Shown here: in pieces, positions 40,901 through 54,351 of the stretch | How positions within the stretch are numbered: position 1 is the first letter of the stretch | Layout of the letters: each line of letters begins with the position of its first letter | NCBI RefSeq assembly: GCF_036971445.1 | Contig: NC_091477.1 | Location: 32,240,001 to 32,304,000 of the forward strand | Length of the DNA stretch: 64,000 nucleotides | Reading direction: 5' to 3' | Source of the DNA: Narcine bancroftii | Taxonomy: Eukaryota | The notes under the pieces: generated by a model | What the model saw: only the letters and a program-made list of their open reading frames with translations | Database searches by the model: none | Told to the model about the DNA's origin: nothing | Made by a program: the position numbers and the translations under genes

Positions 40901-43900
40901 GGTATCTCTCTGATGGGAGAAGGAAGGGAAGGGGATTGGGACCTGGAAGGAAGGAGAGGGATAGGAAAGAGAGGGAGCATGGGGAGTGGTCTAGCAGAAT
41001 CCAGAGAAGTCGATGTTAATGCCATCTGGTTGGAGAGTACCCAGCCAGAATATTAGTTGTTGTTGCTCCAATTTATGGATGGCCTCTGTATGACAGTACA
41101 TAAGGCCATGGACAGACGTGTTGGTGTGGCAATGGTGTGCACATAAATGTGCCCGAGAAACTCAGGCGGTCAACCAGCATCGATCTGAAGTTAAGGGAAA
41201 GCAATGTTTTGGGCCTGAACCCTTTGTCAGATACAAGGAGATTCACCAATATGTTGATTGATCTGGAATGTTTGAGGAACATAGATAAAGTAGATGCTCA
41301 CAGACTATCTTCAAAGGAAGATGATTCTTGAACCGGAAGCATGGATTTAAAATGAGAGAAAAGAGACTTAGGAAGGATCAGAGGAGCAACTTCTTTCACT
41401 CAGAAGGTAGTCTACCAGATGAAGCTATAGAATTGGGTGAAATTACAATGTTCAAAAGACATTTAAACAGACATATAGATAAGAAGGGCTTAAAAGTATA
41501 TGGACCATATATAGGGAAATGAAACTAGCCCAGAATGCCAGCTTGGTTGGCATGGACAAGTTGAAGTGAAGGATCTGTTTGGAGTGCATGATACATAGTT
41601 GGTAAGGTTTCTATGTGCATAGCTATCCACAAATAGACAACTGAAAAAATAGACAACTGAAAAAATAGACAACTGAAAAAATATGAAATAAATCAGTCTA
41701 CAATAATGATTTAACATTATCCATGTTACTTTTGAGTATTATATGCCAGGCAATGTATTCATTTAATGTACTATTTCTGACTGCAATGTTCTCATATTCT
41801 TGTCTAAAATATTAGAGTTTACAAGATTCTCTTTACCATTATTTATTTAGTGCTATAGCATGCAGAATAGAAAAACAGTTAAAAATTCAGTCACATGGCA
41901 GCCATCTAAGCTCACAAGTCCCAAGCATGTAAAGTACAGGTACAACTCAGATCTCTTTTGTTAAGTGACTCTGCTTTGAGCAGAGCTAGTTATGACCCAA
42001 CTTTTTTAGTAGACTAACAGAGGTCCTCTTCTTGCATTTTGCCTTAAATATTACAGACCATGCAGTCCTACTGTTATTCTTGTTCTGAAATACATCTGGC
42101 CAGTGCTTTATATTTGTTGACTTCGACCTCCCTTCTATAATTGGAGAAGCCACTTTTTGAGCCTCTAAAATGAAGGAGGACAAAAGACCATGGTGACAGA
42201 AGGAGAGTAAATAAGATGTATGTACATATGCCCTCCAGATTCATAGGTTAAAAGAAGTATTGAGAATGAGGAAATGTGAAGCAAGGTGTGCAGATACCCC
42301 TTGGAATATTCCTCTTGTCACTGCCTCTTCCCGCATGTCCTTCCTCATTTATTTGTTCCATCTCTGGTTATATACTGCATTGCCTTGGAAATATTTGGCA
42401 AAAATTTGTTTCGCTAACAACATGTGAAGACCACAAACTGACTCAGCAGAAGAGATGCAAATGTCTGCATGTTAGGAATTGTGGATGCGAGTTTGCACAG
42501 TAGGATGCAAAATTAAGTACTTGCTGATAGATAGAAGTTGTCGGCAAATAGCTACGAGCAGCACAGTATCATGGCAGTGAGTGTTGCTGCCCCTTGAACT
42601 CTCGCCATGTTGGTGGAGAGTTAACACATTCTACTCCAATGTTCTCCCAATGAGTGTACTGGTTTTCTCTGGTTGGTCTGATTTCCTCCCACTTCCCAAA
42701 ATAAATTACTGACCACTGTAAATCACCCTTCCAGTGTGTGCAGATGGACTTGTGTTTGCATGTGGTACTGGTGGCCGAAGAATCAGAGTGGAATTAATTG
42801 GCATGTAAGAAAGTGAATAGATAACACAGGGACATGTGGGCAGGGGGGTTATGATGTAGGGGGAATTAAACACTTGGAACTGCTTTAGGAGCAGGCATAA
42901 AGTTTTATTTTAATGCAGATACAGCGCAATCACAGTTCCTTCTGGCCTATGAGTCCTTGCCATCCAAATACACCCAATTAACCAACAAACCCCATACATT
43001 TTGGAATGGTGGGAGGAAACCAGAGCACCAGGATGAAGCCCACAGAGAGAAACATCAAACTCATTATAGACAGGGCTGGATTCAACCCCAGATCTCTGCC
43101 ACATTGATAGCATTGCGCTGACCACTACATTAACCATGTTGCTGTATTGGACCAAATTGCCTCCTTTTGAGTGGCAAGTAAGTATGACAAGCAAGAATAT
43201 GAGAGAATTTCAAGAAATGAGTAGCAGATGAGAATAGAAAGGTGTGTAAATTGAATATGAACTCATGAAGTTGACAACTTAGTTTCAGATCATTACATAC
43301 TTTCTGAAGCAACATTACAAGCAATGAGAACTATAATTTCTCCTTTTGATCGTCTTCAGCTCAAATTATTTTCTCCAACGATTGATCTTCTGTGACACCT
43401 TTCCACAACCTGCACTGTAAAAAAACCTTCAGGCCTTCTTCTTGAGACTACTCAATCATTCCTCAAAATATGATTAATGATTTTATGCTGAAGAAGTAAT
43501 CTCACCCAATTTTATATCTGCAATACTCCTCTCCTTGAAAAAGTGAAGGTTGCTTTTAAGTAGTCCAACGCTGTTATGATTTTGGATCTCCAGCTACTTT
43601 GTGGAGTGAATGAGCAGTACAAAGGTGCTGATTACAGTCAGCCAACCGCAGTTTAATGTGGCTCTGACAGCACAATAAATGGGATGGATTCATTACATAC
43701 CATAACCATTTATTCATTTTTAAGGTTGGTCAATTGTGATCTAATTGTGTAATCGTACATGAAAATAATATGTGCAAAATATGAAATTCAGTATGAATAA
43801 AAAATGCCAACAGGAAGTATTGTGCTATAAATAGACTTCACCCCATTCCCCCCACCCCACCCACTGCTCTCATCGGCCCTTTTGTGTAATGGTAAAATGT

Positions 43901-46900
43901 TACTAATTATTCTAAAATTCTTATCTAGCAGAGCTCAGATTTATGCATTATGAAGCAAAATTGCATACTTAATATAGCAACAAAATTAAGTATCTTGTTG
44001 CTCACTTTGTGTGATTTCTGATCAATTTATGTCCAGAAGTATAACACAATGTGAAGAATCTCTGAACCCTCAGAATGTAATCAAATGAGTTACAGTATGT
44101 CGCCATAAAGAAATATAATGGGTCAATTTTTATCCAGACTTGTTTTCTTATTCTATTGGATGATGAAAAAAAAAATCACAATTCTCTTGCCTTTGTAGTT
44201 ATAGACGTTGTTACACCTCATGGATAAAGGCAATATAACAGCTAAATCAAAACAAAGAGTAGGATGCCAATTTGAATGAAAATGCTGATCAGATAGATGG
44301 CTGCAATTTCAACACTGTTCCGAACAGTTACTGCTTCCATTAGAATAAACATGAACTCTAGATAGCCAGAAAATTCTCTTTTTAAAAAAAAATGTATTGA
44401 AATGTCAAAGTAGAAAGGCCGACATGGCCTGTTTCCGCTCCGTAAATGATTATATGGTTATATGGTTAATTGACAGCATTGTTATGAACATATAACATGA
44501 GAACACTTTCTGTATATTATATAATAGTGTATCTTTATTTTGACATTGTTCATTTACGTTGAATTATTTTTCTAATTCTTACTGGACTTTTAGATTGACA
44601 GGTGGAGACTTCATACTAAGTTCCAGACAAATTCGTCCTTGTATGTTGGGTTAGATTCAGACTTTAAATAAAGGAAAGCTGAGCCAGAACAAATGATTCA
44701 TGACAGAAGTCAGAATGAATCAGCATTAGATAACATTACTTTACAAGCTCATGCACTGAGACCCTTAAAAAATCATGAGTATTGTAAAAAGCCTATAATG
44801 TTGGATTTCTTTGCACACAGTTTTAAAAACATCTAAAAGATAACTCATAGAGTAAACTGCATCATGTTTGTCACATATTTGAAACCATGGCAAAAAAATA
44901 TGCATGGAAATTCAATTGCCCTATCTCTGGATAGGAGGAAAGGCAGCAGAATGTCATCTGTGACAATGTGCATCACCTGTCTGTTGTCATCAAAGCCTTG
45001 GCTGGAGTTTGATGCAATGGAACAATGAGCAATATGTAGATACCATTTCAGAATCAGAATTTATTGACATGAACAAGTTGAAATTCGGTCTTTTGCAGCA
45101 GCATCGGAGTGCAAACATTCATATTATAACCATCTTACAACAGTACTATAAAATAAAAATAATAGAGCATGAAAAGTAAGGCAGTGTCTTTGGTTCACTG
45201 ATTATTCAGGAATCTGATGACAGCGGGGAAGAAGCTGTCCTTGTGCCGCTGAGTGTTTGTATTTAGGCTCCTGTGCCTTTTTCCTCATGTAAGCAGAGTG
45301 AAGAGGGCATGGCCTGGTTGGTTTGGATCTTTGAGGATAGAGGCCTCTCTTTTAAGACACCACCTCATGTAGATGCCCTCGATGGAGTGAAGCCTGGTGC
45401 CTGTGATGTCGCAGGACAAGTTAACAACCCTCTGGAGTTTATTCTTGTCCTGAGAGTTGGTGCCTTCATACCAAGCAGTGATGCAACCAGCCAAATGCTC
45501 TCCGGTAGAATTTTTCGAGTGTCTTCGGTGACATACCAAATCTCCTCAGGCACCTCACAAAGTATAGCCATTGGTGAGCCTTCTTTGTGATTGCATCAAC
45601 GTGGAAAGATTATGATACCCAGGATTTTGATGTTCTTGACCCTCTCCACTACTGAGCCTTCGTATTTCCCTGACTTCCTCCTGAAGTCCAAAATTACCTC
45701 TTTGGTTTTGAGCGCAAGGTTATTATTGTTACACCATTAAATGAACTAATCTATCTCCCTCCTGTACACTTCCTCATTGCCGTTTGTGATTCTGTCGTTA
45801 ATGGTGGTGTCTTCGGCAAACCTATAGATAGGACTGGAATTGTGCCTGGCCACACAGTCATGGATGTATAATGAGTAGAACAATGAGCTAAGCATGCATC
45901 CTTGGGTGTATTAGAATACCTAGTGATTAAGAAGACAATTGCAACAATACTTCACTACTACAATAACCATACTCAGAACAATACCAAAAAAATTGAATAT
46001 TTTAACCTTTGATCCTCTGAAGTCAGTTTAATTTACAAGAATGTAGACACTATTCTACAGCATTTAAAAAAAAAGAGACATAAACAGTTGTTAAAAGTTA
46101 CAAATCCTCTTTCTAATTTATCACTACTGGACCATTACTACCTTCAGAAGGTTCCAGCCTTTGTTTTCCATCATTGCCACTTCAATGAAAATTTGTGACA
46201 CTGGTAATAGGATAAGATCATTTGATATTTGATTCCAATTTCACAATCAGTCGAACTCTATAGTTTGGATCCAAAAATGAAAATTTCTCAAAGGCAAAAA
46301 GCAAATAAATAAACTAATGCCGTCAAAAAGAGAATTTCCAAAATAACATGTTCACTTCCAGAATAACAAAATATATTTTGGTCTGAATAAATGTCTCAGA
46401 ACTCCTGGCCTTAATTCCTGGTTAATGAAATATTGAATTTGAATACAATTTTTATTGGCCTAAGTCTTTTTGTCCTTTCAACGCACCTGGATTGAATTTA
46501 TGGGATGTTTGTTTATAGCTGCGAGCATTAATGCTGAAAAAGTAAATTAAAAATAACCGTATTTGCACCACCTGCAACAGATTCTAAAGTTTGCTTCTTT
46601 TACTTCAAGAAAGAATAACAAATAATTTTGGAATGATAATATTCTGTGAAAAACAGAGGCAATTTAAAAATTAGCACATGTACCTGCACCATGTATTTAT
46701 ATAGGAAACTATCATGGGTTTGTGCCTCATATTTAAATAGCAGTATTTAAGTCAGTACAGGTGTCTGGTCCAAGAAAATAATATTTCATTAACATAATAA
46801 TTGAGGCTTCCTTCTTGAATCATTATCAGAATCACAAGTTAATTGACTACACTCATTCACTCTGACCAGAGGGCACCCTTCCATATTAATCTCACACCCA

Positions 46901-49900
46901 CCACTTAGTCCCAAACCAATTCATTAGACACTTCTTAAATGCTATCAGTTACAGCTTCACAATTCTTTCATGCAATGAATTCCAACTCCTTAATGCTCTC
47001 CTTTCTAAATCCTGAGGATCATACCCTAATTAGATGTCTTCTGGTTTTGTCAATCTCTGATATGGGGAGTTTCCTGAAGTCCACCCCATTAATAGCCCAC
47101 ATAATTGTAATACTTCAACCATGTCCTGTCTTGACCTCTTCTGTTCCAGGAAAAATTGACCTAGCCTCTCCAATCTATTATCATATGTTATCTGAAAGCA
47201 TATGCAACATGATGAAATTATTTCCCATTTTAAGGGTAAAATATCACAACTAAAATGGGTTTTATACTGATAATAAACCCATGGCATTTCAAAATATCAG
47301 GTATATAACTTCAATTTAGATGCTTCACTTTAAAATATACTGAAACAGCCAACTGCAAGCAAGATTAATACTGGGGAAGAAAAAAGTAGCTCTGCAAAGA
47401 AATATTAAGAAATTATTAATTTGCTATGACACCTAAGAAGAACATAATTACAGCCAAGGTTCTTCTATTGTTGCAGTGGGAATTCAAAATGTGTTTATAT
47501 TTTTTTTAAAATACAAATCATCACCTGTGCAACCATAGAACAAATGGCCCACTTGATCACAAGGTCCTTTATCAAACTTCATTTAACTCTTAATTCCCCT
47601 ACCATGTTAAAAATCTATCTAACTGTGTCTTACGTATAGGTAATGAGGAATCTTTACTGCTATCTTGGGCAGAGAATTCCACAGATACACTACTCTCTGG
47701 GGAAAGCAGTACTTCCTCATCTGTGTTTGAAATTTACTTTCCTGAATCTTCAAGCTATGTTCCCCAGGTCTTTTTTCACTGGCCAGCGGAAAGAACTTTC
47801 CTTATCTAAGCCTTTCTTAATGTTACATGTTCCCCTTTCATTTCTCTGAGTTCCAGCAAGTATTGTCCCAGGCATGTCAAATTCATAATATCAGATTTGA
47901 AAATGAAATAACCAACCTTTACTGCATGTGTGAGACTATGGGGGATTGGGTCTAGTGAATATCTATGGGCTTGACTCCTAACACTATCTCCTCCCATAGG
48001 ATCCAGGATATCACTTCTTTATCCTCTATTCTCTGCCATTGTTTTAATTAAAGCTTCCAGTGATCTTGGAGTCTATTTTAACTAATGCTGAGTCATTGTT
48101 CATTTCCTTGGTGTTCACCCCCCACTGTGCCTCCCTATTCTGTGGTAAAGGGAATTTTTAAGCAGAAGACAAACTTTACTGATGCAACAAAGTTATGATA
48201 TAGGTCCACACCAAATTCAGGCCCAAGCTGAAGCAGGTTGTCAGTCAACTCTGGAATTTCCTGATAAAAAGACTGCTTTGACTGCTATGAGAAGTGAAAT
48301 AAAAAGAATAAATATGAGAAATATTTTGTAGGTCAGGTGCCACACTAGTAAAGAAACAAGAGTTATTGCTTTAGGTTGATGGTTTTTTTTTAAGATTTCA
48401 TACATCTCGCTAGAGATCCCTTATCTATTTGTTTATTTGATTAAAAAGAGCAGTGTTAATTCCCATATATATGTAAGGATTTGCAAAATTATTGATTGGT
48501 CAAATGTAGATTGAACAATTATCAGTTCAGAAAACATGGTATCACCACAAGTACAACTTGCAGAATGGTATAATCAACCTGCAAATTATTATAATTACAA
48601 TCCACTGCAGGGAAAAATTATTGATTTTTTTAGATGCATAGAGCTGAAAAACATTTCTGGGCTATCTTCTTCTTTGGCTTGGCTTCGCGGACGAAGATTT
48701 ATGGAGGGGTAATGTCCACGTCAGCTGCAGGCTCGTTTGTGGCTGACAAGTCCGATGCGGGACAGGCAGACACGGTTGCAGCGGTTGCAGGGGAAAATTG
48801 GTGGGTTGGGGTTGGGTGTTGGGTTTTTCCTCCTTTGCCTTTTGTCAGTGAGGTGGGCTCTGCGGTCTTCTTCAAAGGAGGTTGCTGCCCGCCGAACTGT
48901 GAGGCGCCAAGATGCACGGTTTGAGGCGATATCAGCCCACTGGTGGTGGTCAATGTGGCAGGCACCAAGAGATTTCTTTAGGCAGTCCTTGTACCTCTTC
49001 TTTGGTGCATCTCTGTCATGGTGGCCAGTGGAGAGCTCTGGGCTATACTCAATCAGCAACAGCTGCATTGTGAGGTAAGATACACTTTCCTTAACATTAG
49101 GTTGTAATGAAAGTACATTTAATGATTTAAAACCTATTACTGTGGCCTTCATGCCCTGGAGAAAAATTTCCTCAAGTTAGTGGTGGATGTGCCTCAGAGA
49201 ATAAAACCATTCAGTACTCAACCAGCTCAATTAAATTAGCTTCATATTGGAGACCAGTCTCACATTTAACTTGATAAAGATGGCCAAAAGGTTTTGCCAT
49301 AAATGCTTAATAGAATTCTCTGAATAGTTCTGTTACAAGGCCTTTGGAAATGATTCCAAAGAAAACACGGATGACAAATGTGCCACAAATGATTAGCACC
49401 ATCTGCTCCTGTTAATCACTTCAAATTGTTTCTCTTTCACGTCAACTTCAGTTCCAGAGAAACAAAGCTGCATTGACCCTTTGAGTATTGAGCTTCCTGA
49501 TAATTTTTCCAACACAAACATTTTTTTCATCAAAGTATGGAGTGAAACAATGCAAGTCTCCAGATGCTGTGATTGTAGTAAAAACAAGAAATGCTGGAGT
49601 GACTCAGCAGGACTTCCAGCATCCATAGATAAAGACATATTGCTTATGTATCAAGCCCGAGCCCTTCCTCAAAATGTGAGTAAAATACACACAGGTGTGT
49701 ATTTACCACAGAGTGGTAAAAAGGGAAGAATGACAGAAGGAGGAGTACAGGCCACCAGACAAAGGGTGTAAATTGGATATATTAAGGGGAGAGGAGAGAA
49801 GAATGGTGAGAATTGATTGAGGAGGAGTGGGGTGTTTTTGGATTTGTGAAAGGAAACAGATGGAAAAGGGAAGGGACAGAGAGACAGAGCTAAAGGAAAG

Positions 49901-52900
49901 GAGACAGAGGGAAAGATGGGAGGGGGGAACTAACTGAAACTGGAAAAAGTCCAGGTTAATGCCATCTGGCTTCCATTAGCCCTCCCTATCTTACCCTCTG
50001 TCACTCTCTTATGCACAGAAATCCTGCAATATTGCCTTAAAGAAGACCCGGCATTAAGCCAGCTTTGATCGTTTACACTGAACCAAACAAAGCTGGCATA
50101 ATGCCGGGCCTGTATGTCATTTTACACAGAAAACCAGGATTCCGGAAGCAAAAGAGGTGGGATGCGTAACACAACAGCGTCTAGTGTCACGTATAACATA
50201 CTGTATTTGACGGCATGTTAGACTTACTTTTTCCCCAAAGAATTGCTCAAAAATACCCCCACTCTTATATAGGAAGTTGAAATTAGGGTGATAATGGTGA
50301 GTTACACCAACAGTAATCAGTGTCGCTGTGTGGCTCAAACTTTACTTTAATTAACACACAACAATTAATAGAAGAGCGTGGGAAAATTGTAGCAGGAATA
50401 AAACACACTCAATTTAATAAAACATATGCATACAATTTATAAAGGAGTGTAGGGAAATCCATGGCAAGTATTGATCTATAGCAGTGGATTTCAAACTTTT
50501 TCTTGGCACTCACGTACCACCTTAAGTAATCCCTATGCCACTGGTGCTCTTTGATTAGTAAGGGATTACTTAAAGTGGTATGTCAGCTGGGATAAAAGAT
50601 TAAGAACCTCTGCTCTAGACCAATTTTTATTGAAATATTTTGCTTGAGAAAAATTGTCATTTGCCCATTTCCTTTGGATTTATGAAACCATGTACATAAC
50701 GAGTCAATTAGGTATGACCACTTACATACCACCTTAAGTAATCCCTTACTAATCACCGCTGTCTATCATTGGGGTGACAAATAATGAAAGATAACATTGT
50801 GGGCCTTCAGACTGTTCAAACTGAGGACAAACTTACAGACCAGCTTGCTTACAGCACAAGGTGACTAGAGACACCTGCAGGGTCTGCACCAGAGCGAGTG
50901 TTATTGGGGGCTAATGCGTAACCAGATGAGGGCACACTCTTCTGCTTTAAAACTCACTCAGCAGTAGGGTGGTGCTGGTGGTGCCTACCGGCTGCTGGGC
51001 GCTGCTGCGGTTGCACTCCCACTGCCCCTGTTATATGTGGCACATGCACATGCACGTTGCCCACATTACAATGCAACTTTCCTTCTGACATCATTTTCCT
51101 TTCCTATTTCATTTAAATTTATTTAGAGAACAGGTAAATTTTAATATTAAAAATATATTTTCATGAAAAAATTTTTGTGCTAAAGGCTTGGCCTGCAGGT
51201 GCATGTGTCACCGTGTGTGGTTGTGGGCGGACACAAGACCTTGGTTGGGGGTTCAATGTCCATGAATGCTCCCCCCCACCCCCCCCCACCCCCCGCCCGG
51301 CACCAATACCTGGTGACAGCTGAGAGCAGGGCGGTGGGATCAGTATAGGGGCTGGTCTTTTATCACAATGCCACTCCTTAACACTAATCTCCTCTCCCTT
51401 AACATCTGAAGGTCTGTCATTGTCTACATTCATTAACTGCAGAGTTCCAGATTCCACACCCTTTGAGACATACTTTGTATCTTATTCATGAATGATCAAG
51501 TCCTATTTTGAAAGCCACCCCACTTCTGTCCTGTCAAAACCATGAATTGTGTACTTAAGAATTATATCATCTCTTATTCTCCTCCCAGCTTCACCCACCT
51601 AACATAACAGTGAATCTAGTAGAGGATGCATTACTATTTCATCACCAGCTCATCACATCTCCACCTCCAGCCTTTCATCTACAGCTCATTTCAGACCTGC
51701 ATTTATGGGACATCCGAGATGTCTATCCGATCCCATCTGAGATGGGATAAACCCCAAATGCCTACTGGTCAGGCATTCCCTAGTGAACTACTCGCTGTTT
51801 GCCAGATCGACTCTGCCTTTTATATTTACCTTATAATTGCAACTTAATCTGGCAGACCTAGTGTCAAGTCAGTGATGTACTAGAATTGATATCTTGCCGG
51901 GTTGGTGCTTGACCCAGCCACACTTTGTGTTTGCCCTCACCTCTCTCCATAAGCGGCCCACAGCAACAAAGTGCGGGACAGCGGGCTACTGGGAGAGAGC
52001 AGGACAGCAGTATCATTATTAAAAAAGATTTTTCCTGTTGGCCCACTTGCATGTTTTGTCCAAGTTTTAAATGCTTACCAATAAATACAGTTAAGAAAAA
52101 AAGGAACATATACACATCTTTTCCCATCATGGTCCCAGTATGCCAGATCACCCTTTTTACACAAACGGCTGCTGCCGGAAAAAAAAGCTGAGAATGGAAT
52201 GATCGCCACTACCCACCAATTCCATGTTGGTGCTTTTTACACAGAAGGCATAGTGTAAAAAAGGCCACAAATATCCCAGAATGAAGTGGCTGTGTAAAAG
52301 GCACCTGGCTCTTTCATTTTCCTTCTGTATCATTTCACAGAGCCAGTCAGTTCTCAATATTCAACTCTCCTGTCCTCATCATATCCAATGCCTTTTGTCT
52401 GTTGGTATGTATTCCTCTCCCTCCCATTCTTTCCCTTTTACCAGTGTTTTAATACAGAGACCTGCCTTTTTTTTCATATCTTAAGGAACGGCTCAAGCCT
52501 GAAATGTCGGTAACACATCTTTACCTCCTATGAACACTATGAGACCTGCTGAGTTCCTCCAGCATTTCTGTGTTCTTAGTTTTCATCAAGTAGGCAAAAC
52601 TTTTAAAAAATTAAATAAGAATTAAGCAATTAATATAAAAAAAGTGAGTTGAATTTCATTAACTTTTTATTAATGTGATGAATATAGCAGCATGTTATGG
52701 TCGTATTAGTATGAAGAAGGCTGTTGGATCAAAGCCCCTCAGGGTTACACTAGGGGTGTGCTGAGCCTCTCAGAGGATCTGCCCTTCAGATGAAGATGCA
52801 ACCAGAGCCCATGCCTGCTCTCTCAGAAGGAAATGAGATGTGACACTTACTTAAACAAAAAAAAACCAGTTATTACTTCCAGTATTTGTGCCATTATTTA

Positions 52901-53735
52901 TACTTTAATCATTGAACAATATTGCCCCATATCTGTTCCAAACAGGATACCAAATTCAACTAAATCTCTTTTTGCCTACTCATGATCCTTATCTCTCCCT
53001 CCCTGCATGTTAGAATGTCTATCTGGAGGTCTCTTAAATGCTAATATTGTGCCTGCTTCCACCACTATCCCAGCAGCCTGTTCTAGGCACCTCTCTCTGT
53101 GTATAAAAAAAAATTACCCACGCATCTCCTTTAAATTCCACCTCCACCCCCTCCCCTTGAATGCACATCCTTTAGTATTTGACATTTTTACCCCAGGAAA
53201 ATTATTCTGACTGTCTAAGTTATCAATGCCTCTCATAATTTTATTAATTTCTGCCAAGACTTCCCTCAGCCTCCCATGCTTCACAGTAAACAATCAAAGT
53301 TTGTTCAAATTCTCCTGATAGCTCATATCTCTAATCCAGACAAACCTCTCTTAAACACTTTCCAAAGCCTCCACATTCATCCCATAATGAAGCAGCCAGT
53401 TTTGAACACAATACTCCAAGTATGCCCCAATCAAAGTTTTATACAGCTGCCACATGTCTGCTTACCCTTATTCAATGAATCAACATTCACATCTCGATCT
53501 TTATGAACTGCCTTTTGAAACTAGTGGTATCCTCCTGGTATGCAGTGTTCAAGAGGCAATTTTAATTGGATCTTCCCATTAGTCAATGTATTAATGTATG
53601 AATAAATATTTATGTTTAATCCCCTGACAGCAGTCTGAAGAATTTGAGGAAGATGAAGTTGAAGAAATTTTAGAGGAAAGTACAGTGGAATCAGAGTATG
53701 AAACCAAACCTGAAGCAAATAGAAAGAAACCAAAG
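31863..53735 (+). CDS. sncb: Beta-synuclein (divergent), 4 coding exons found (31863-31983, 32478-32507, 39539-39690, 53631-53735), 136 aa; terminal exon not identified in the window
   Basis: Spliced product [41 protein letters not shown]|[10 protein letters not shown]|[50 protein letters not shown]|[41 protein letters not shown] repeats; beta-type QAS..GGAVF and TGL.K..(D/E)FP..(L/I)K; divergent pairing with eif4e1b as for human SNCB/EIF4E1B. Confidence 0.88.
32478..32507 (+). CDS. sncb: sncb second coding exon (30 nt), [10 protein letters not shown]
   Basis: tttgttttcag acceptor, CAG|gtaaat donor, phase 1-1; read-through hits TGA at 32531. Confidence 0.88.
33855..34285 (-). mobile_element. 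Rex/Babar-like LINE 3' end fragment
   Basis: Same 3' signature (cctgatggcagcagtgagaa) as the other copies. Confidence 0.55.
35025..36800 (-). mobile_element. Degenerate Rex1/Babar-like LINE RT
   Basis: ORF 36087-36644 ([16 protein letters not shown]...IIPVSKK...[13 protein letters not shown]) and ORF 35678-35893 (LYTHD...KFADET). Confidence 0.8.
37608..37783. other. Assembly gap (N run)
   Basis: Run of N. Confidence 0.99.
39539..39690 (+). CDS. sncb: sncb third coding exon (152 nt, NAC region)
   Basis: gctttttag acceptor, AAG|gtcagc donor; ORF 39538 [18 protein letters not shown]...FPSEIK. Confidence 0.93.
39940..41600 (+). mobile_element. CR1 LINE RT/3' fragment with a nested Penelope-like insertion (about 40640-41240)
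   Basis: [10 protein letters not shown]..., ERVQRRFT motif interrupted at 40630 and resumed at about 41240 after the repeated ggagattcac. Confidence 0.7.
42920..43144 (-). mobile_element. tRNA-derived SINE
   Basis: Homologous to 10330-10556. Confidence 0.65.
43770..44840 (+). repeat. Copy 1 of a diverged ~1.1-kb direct repeat
   Basis: Colinear similarity with 62885-63977, e.g. tgtgcaaaatatga...aaaatgccaaca and aaaatgttactaattattctaaaattct. Confidence 0.85.
45050..45910 (-). mobile_element. Rex/Babar-like LINE 3' fragment
   Basis: ORF 45285-45539 LAGCITAWY...LQRVV...[18 protein letters not shown]. Confidence 0.75.
48666..49038 (-). mobile_element. 5'-truncated RTE-clade LINE copy with TSD
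   Basis: Same family; TSD TCTGGGCTAT at 48656-48665 and 49037-49046. Confidence 0.9.
50482..50755 (+). mobile_element. hAT-like non-autonomous element (MITE) fragment
   Basis: cagtggatttcaaacttttt terminus; related pieces at about 30281-30335 and 63978-64000; internal hairpin taagtaatccct/agggattactta. Confidence 0.45.
52930..53460 (-). mobile_element. CR1 3' fragment
   Basis: Reverse-complement similarity to other CR1 3' ends in the window. Confidence 0.55.
53631..53735 (+). CDS. sncb: sncb fourth coding exon (acidic tail; NAGNAG acceptor, 105 or 102 nt)
   Basis: cccctgacag|cag acceptor, AAG|gtaaaa donor, phase 0-0; Glu-rich sequence aligns positionally with human beta-synuclein PEEVAQEAAEEPLIEPLMEPE. 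Confidence 0.72.
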
Positions 53736-53796
53736 GTAAAACAAAATCAAATATTTAGTTACCTATGACAGATGTGAATTGTTGGAGAAATTACTG

Positions 53797-53970
53797 AGAT
53801 GACCAAAATTGAAGTGTTTGGGCAACATTTCATTATTTGTAGTTAAACAAATAGAGTAAAACCTGATGTCATTACATTATACTGAACTCTGTTGAGACGA
53901 CCAAAATTGAAGACTTTGACTTTTCACTATTTGAGGTTAAACAAACAGGGTAAAACCTGTTGTAATTACA
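53797..53970 (+). repeat. Two diverged ~80-bp direct repeats just downstream of the sncb acidic exon
   Basis: gaga[t/c]gaccaaaattgaag...gttaaacaaa...gtaaaacctg at 53797 and 53894. Confidence 0.7.
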
Positions 53971-54351
53971 TAATAGAGTTTAAATGAAAACAGTTAACTA
54001 TCAGCTTATTGAAATAATTGTTTGGACCAAATGTTGTTGATCTCATAACATGAATTGCAAACATATTGAGAAAATCTGAATCATAAGATAAATGATGGAA
54101 AATTCCTTATGAAGTAATTTTACGCTGAACATTGAATCTGAATGTGGTATTGTTACCCAACCAATTTAAATTGTGATCACTGAGCAGTTCATATCAACTC
54201 ATGATTACTCAATGATACTCATGTAAAACTAGTTATAATGTTATTGTCACTGATAAGAGGAACTTTTACTTCAGAACACTTTCCAAAAACTCCACCATAT
54301 GTATGATGCATCCCGTTGATTACCAGTGTTGGATACGGTTAATACTGGAAG

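Noticed and set aside
50048-50107. Hairpin ccggcattaagccagctttg/caaagctggcataatgccgg as a miRNA precursor
   Set aside because: Surrounded by tttacacag/tttacactg motifs typical of DNA-transposon subterminal repeats; no independent support
31863-53735. Assignment as alpha-synuclein because the NAC is complete
   Set aside because: The exon-4 end (FPSEIK), GGAVF and the eif4e1b neighbour are beta-type; no multimerin exons were seen upstream
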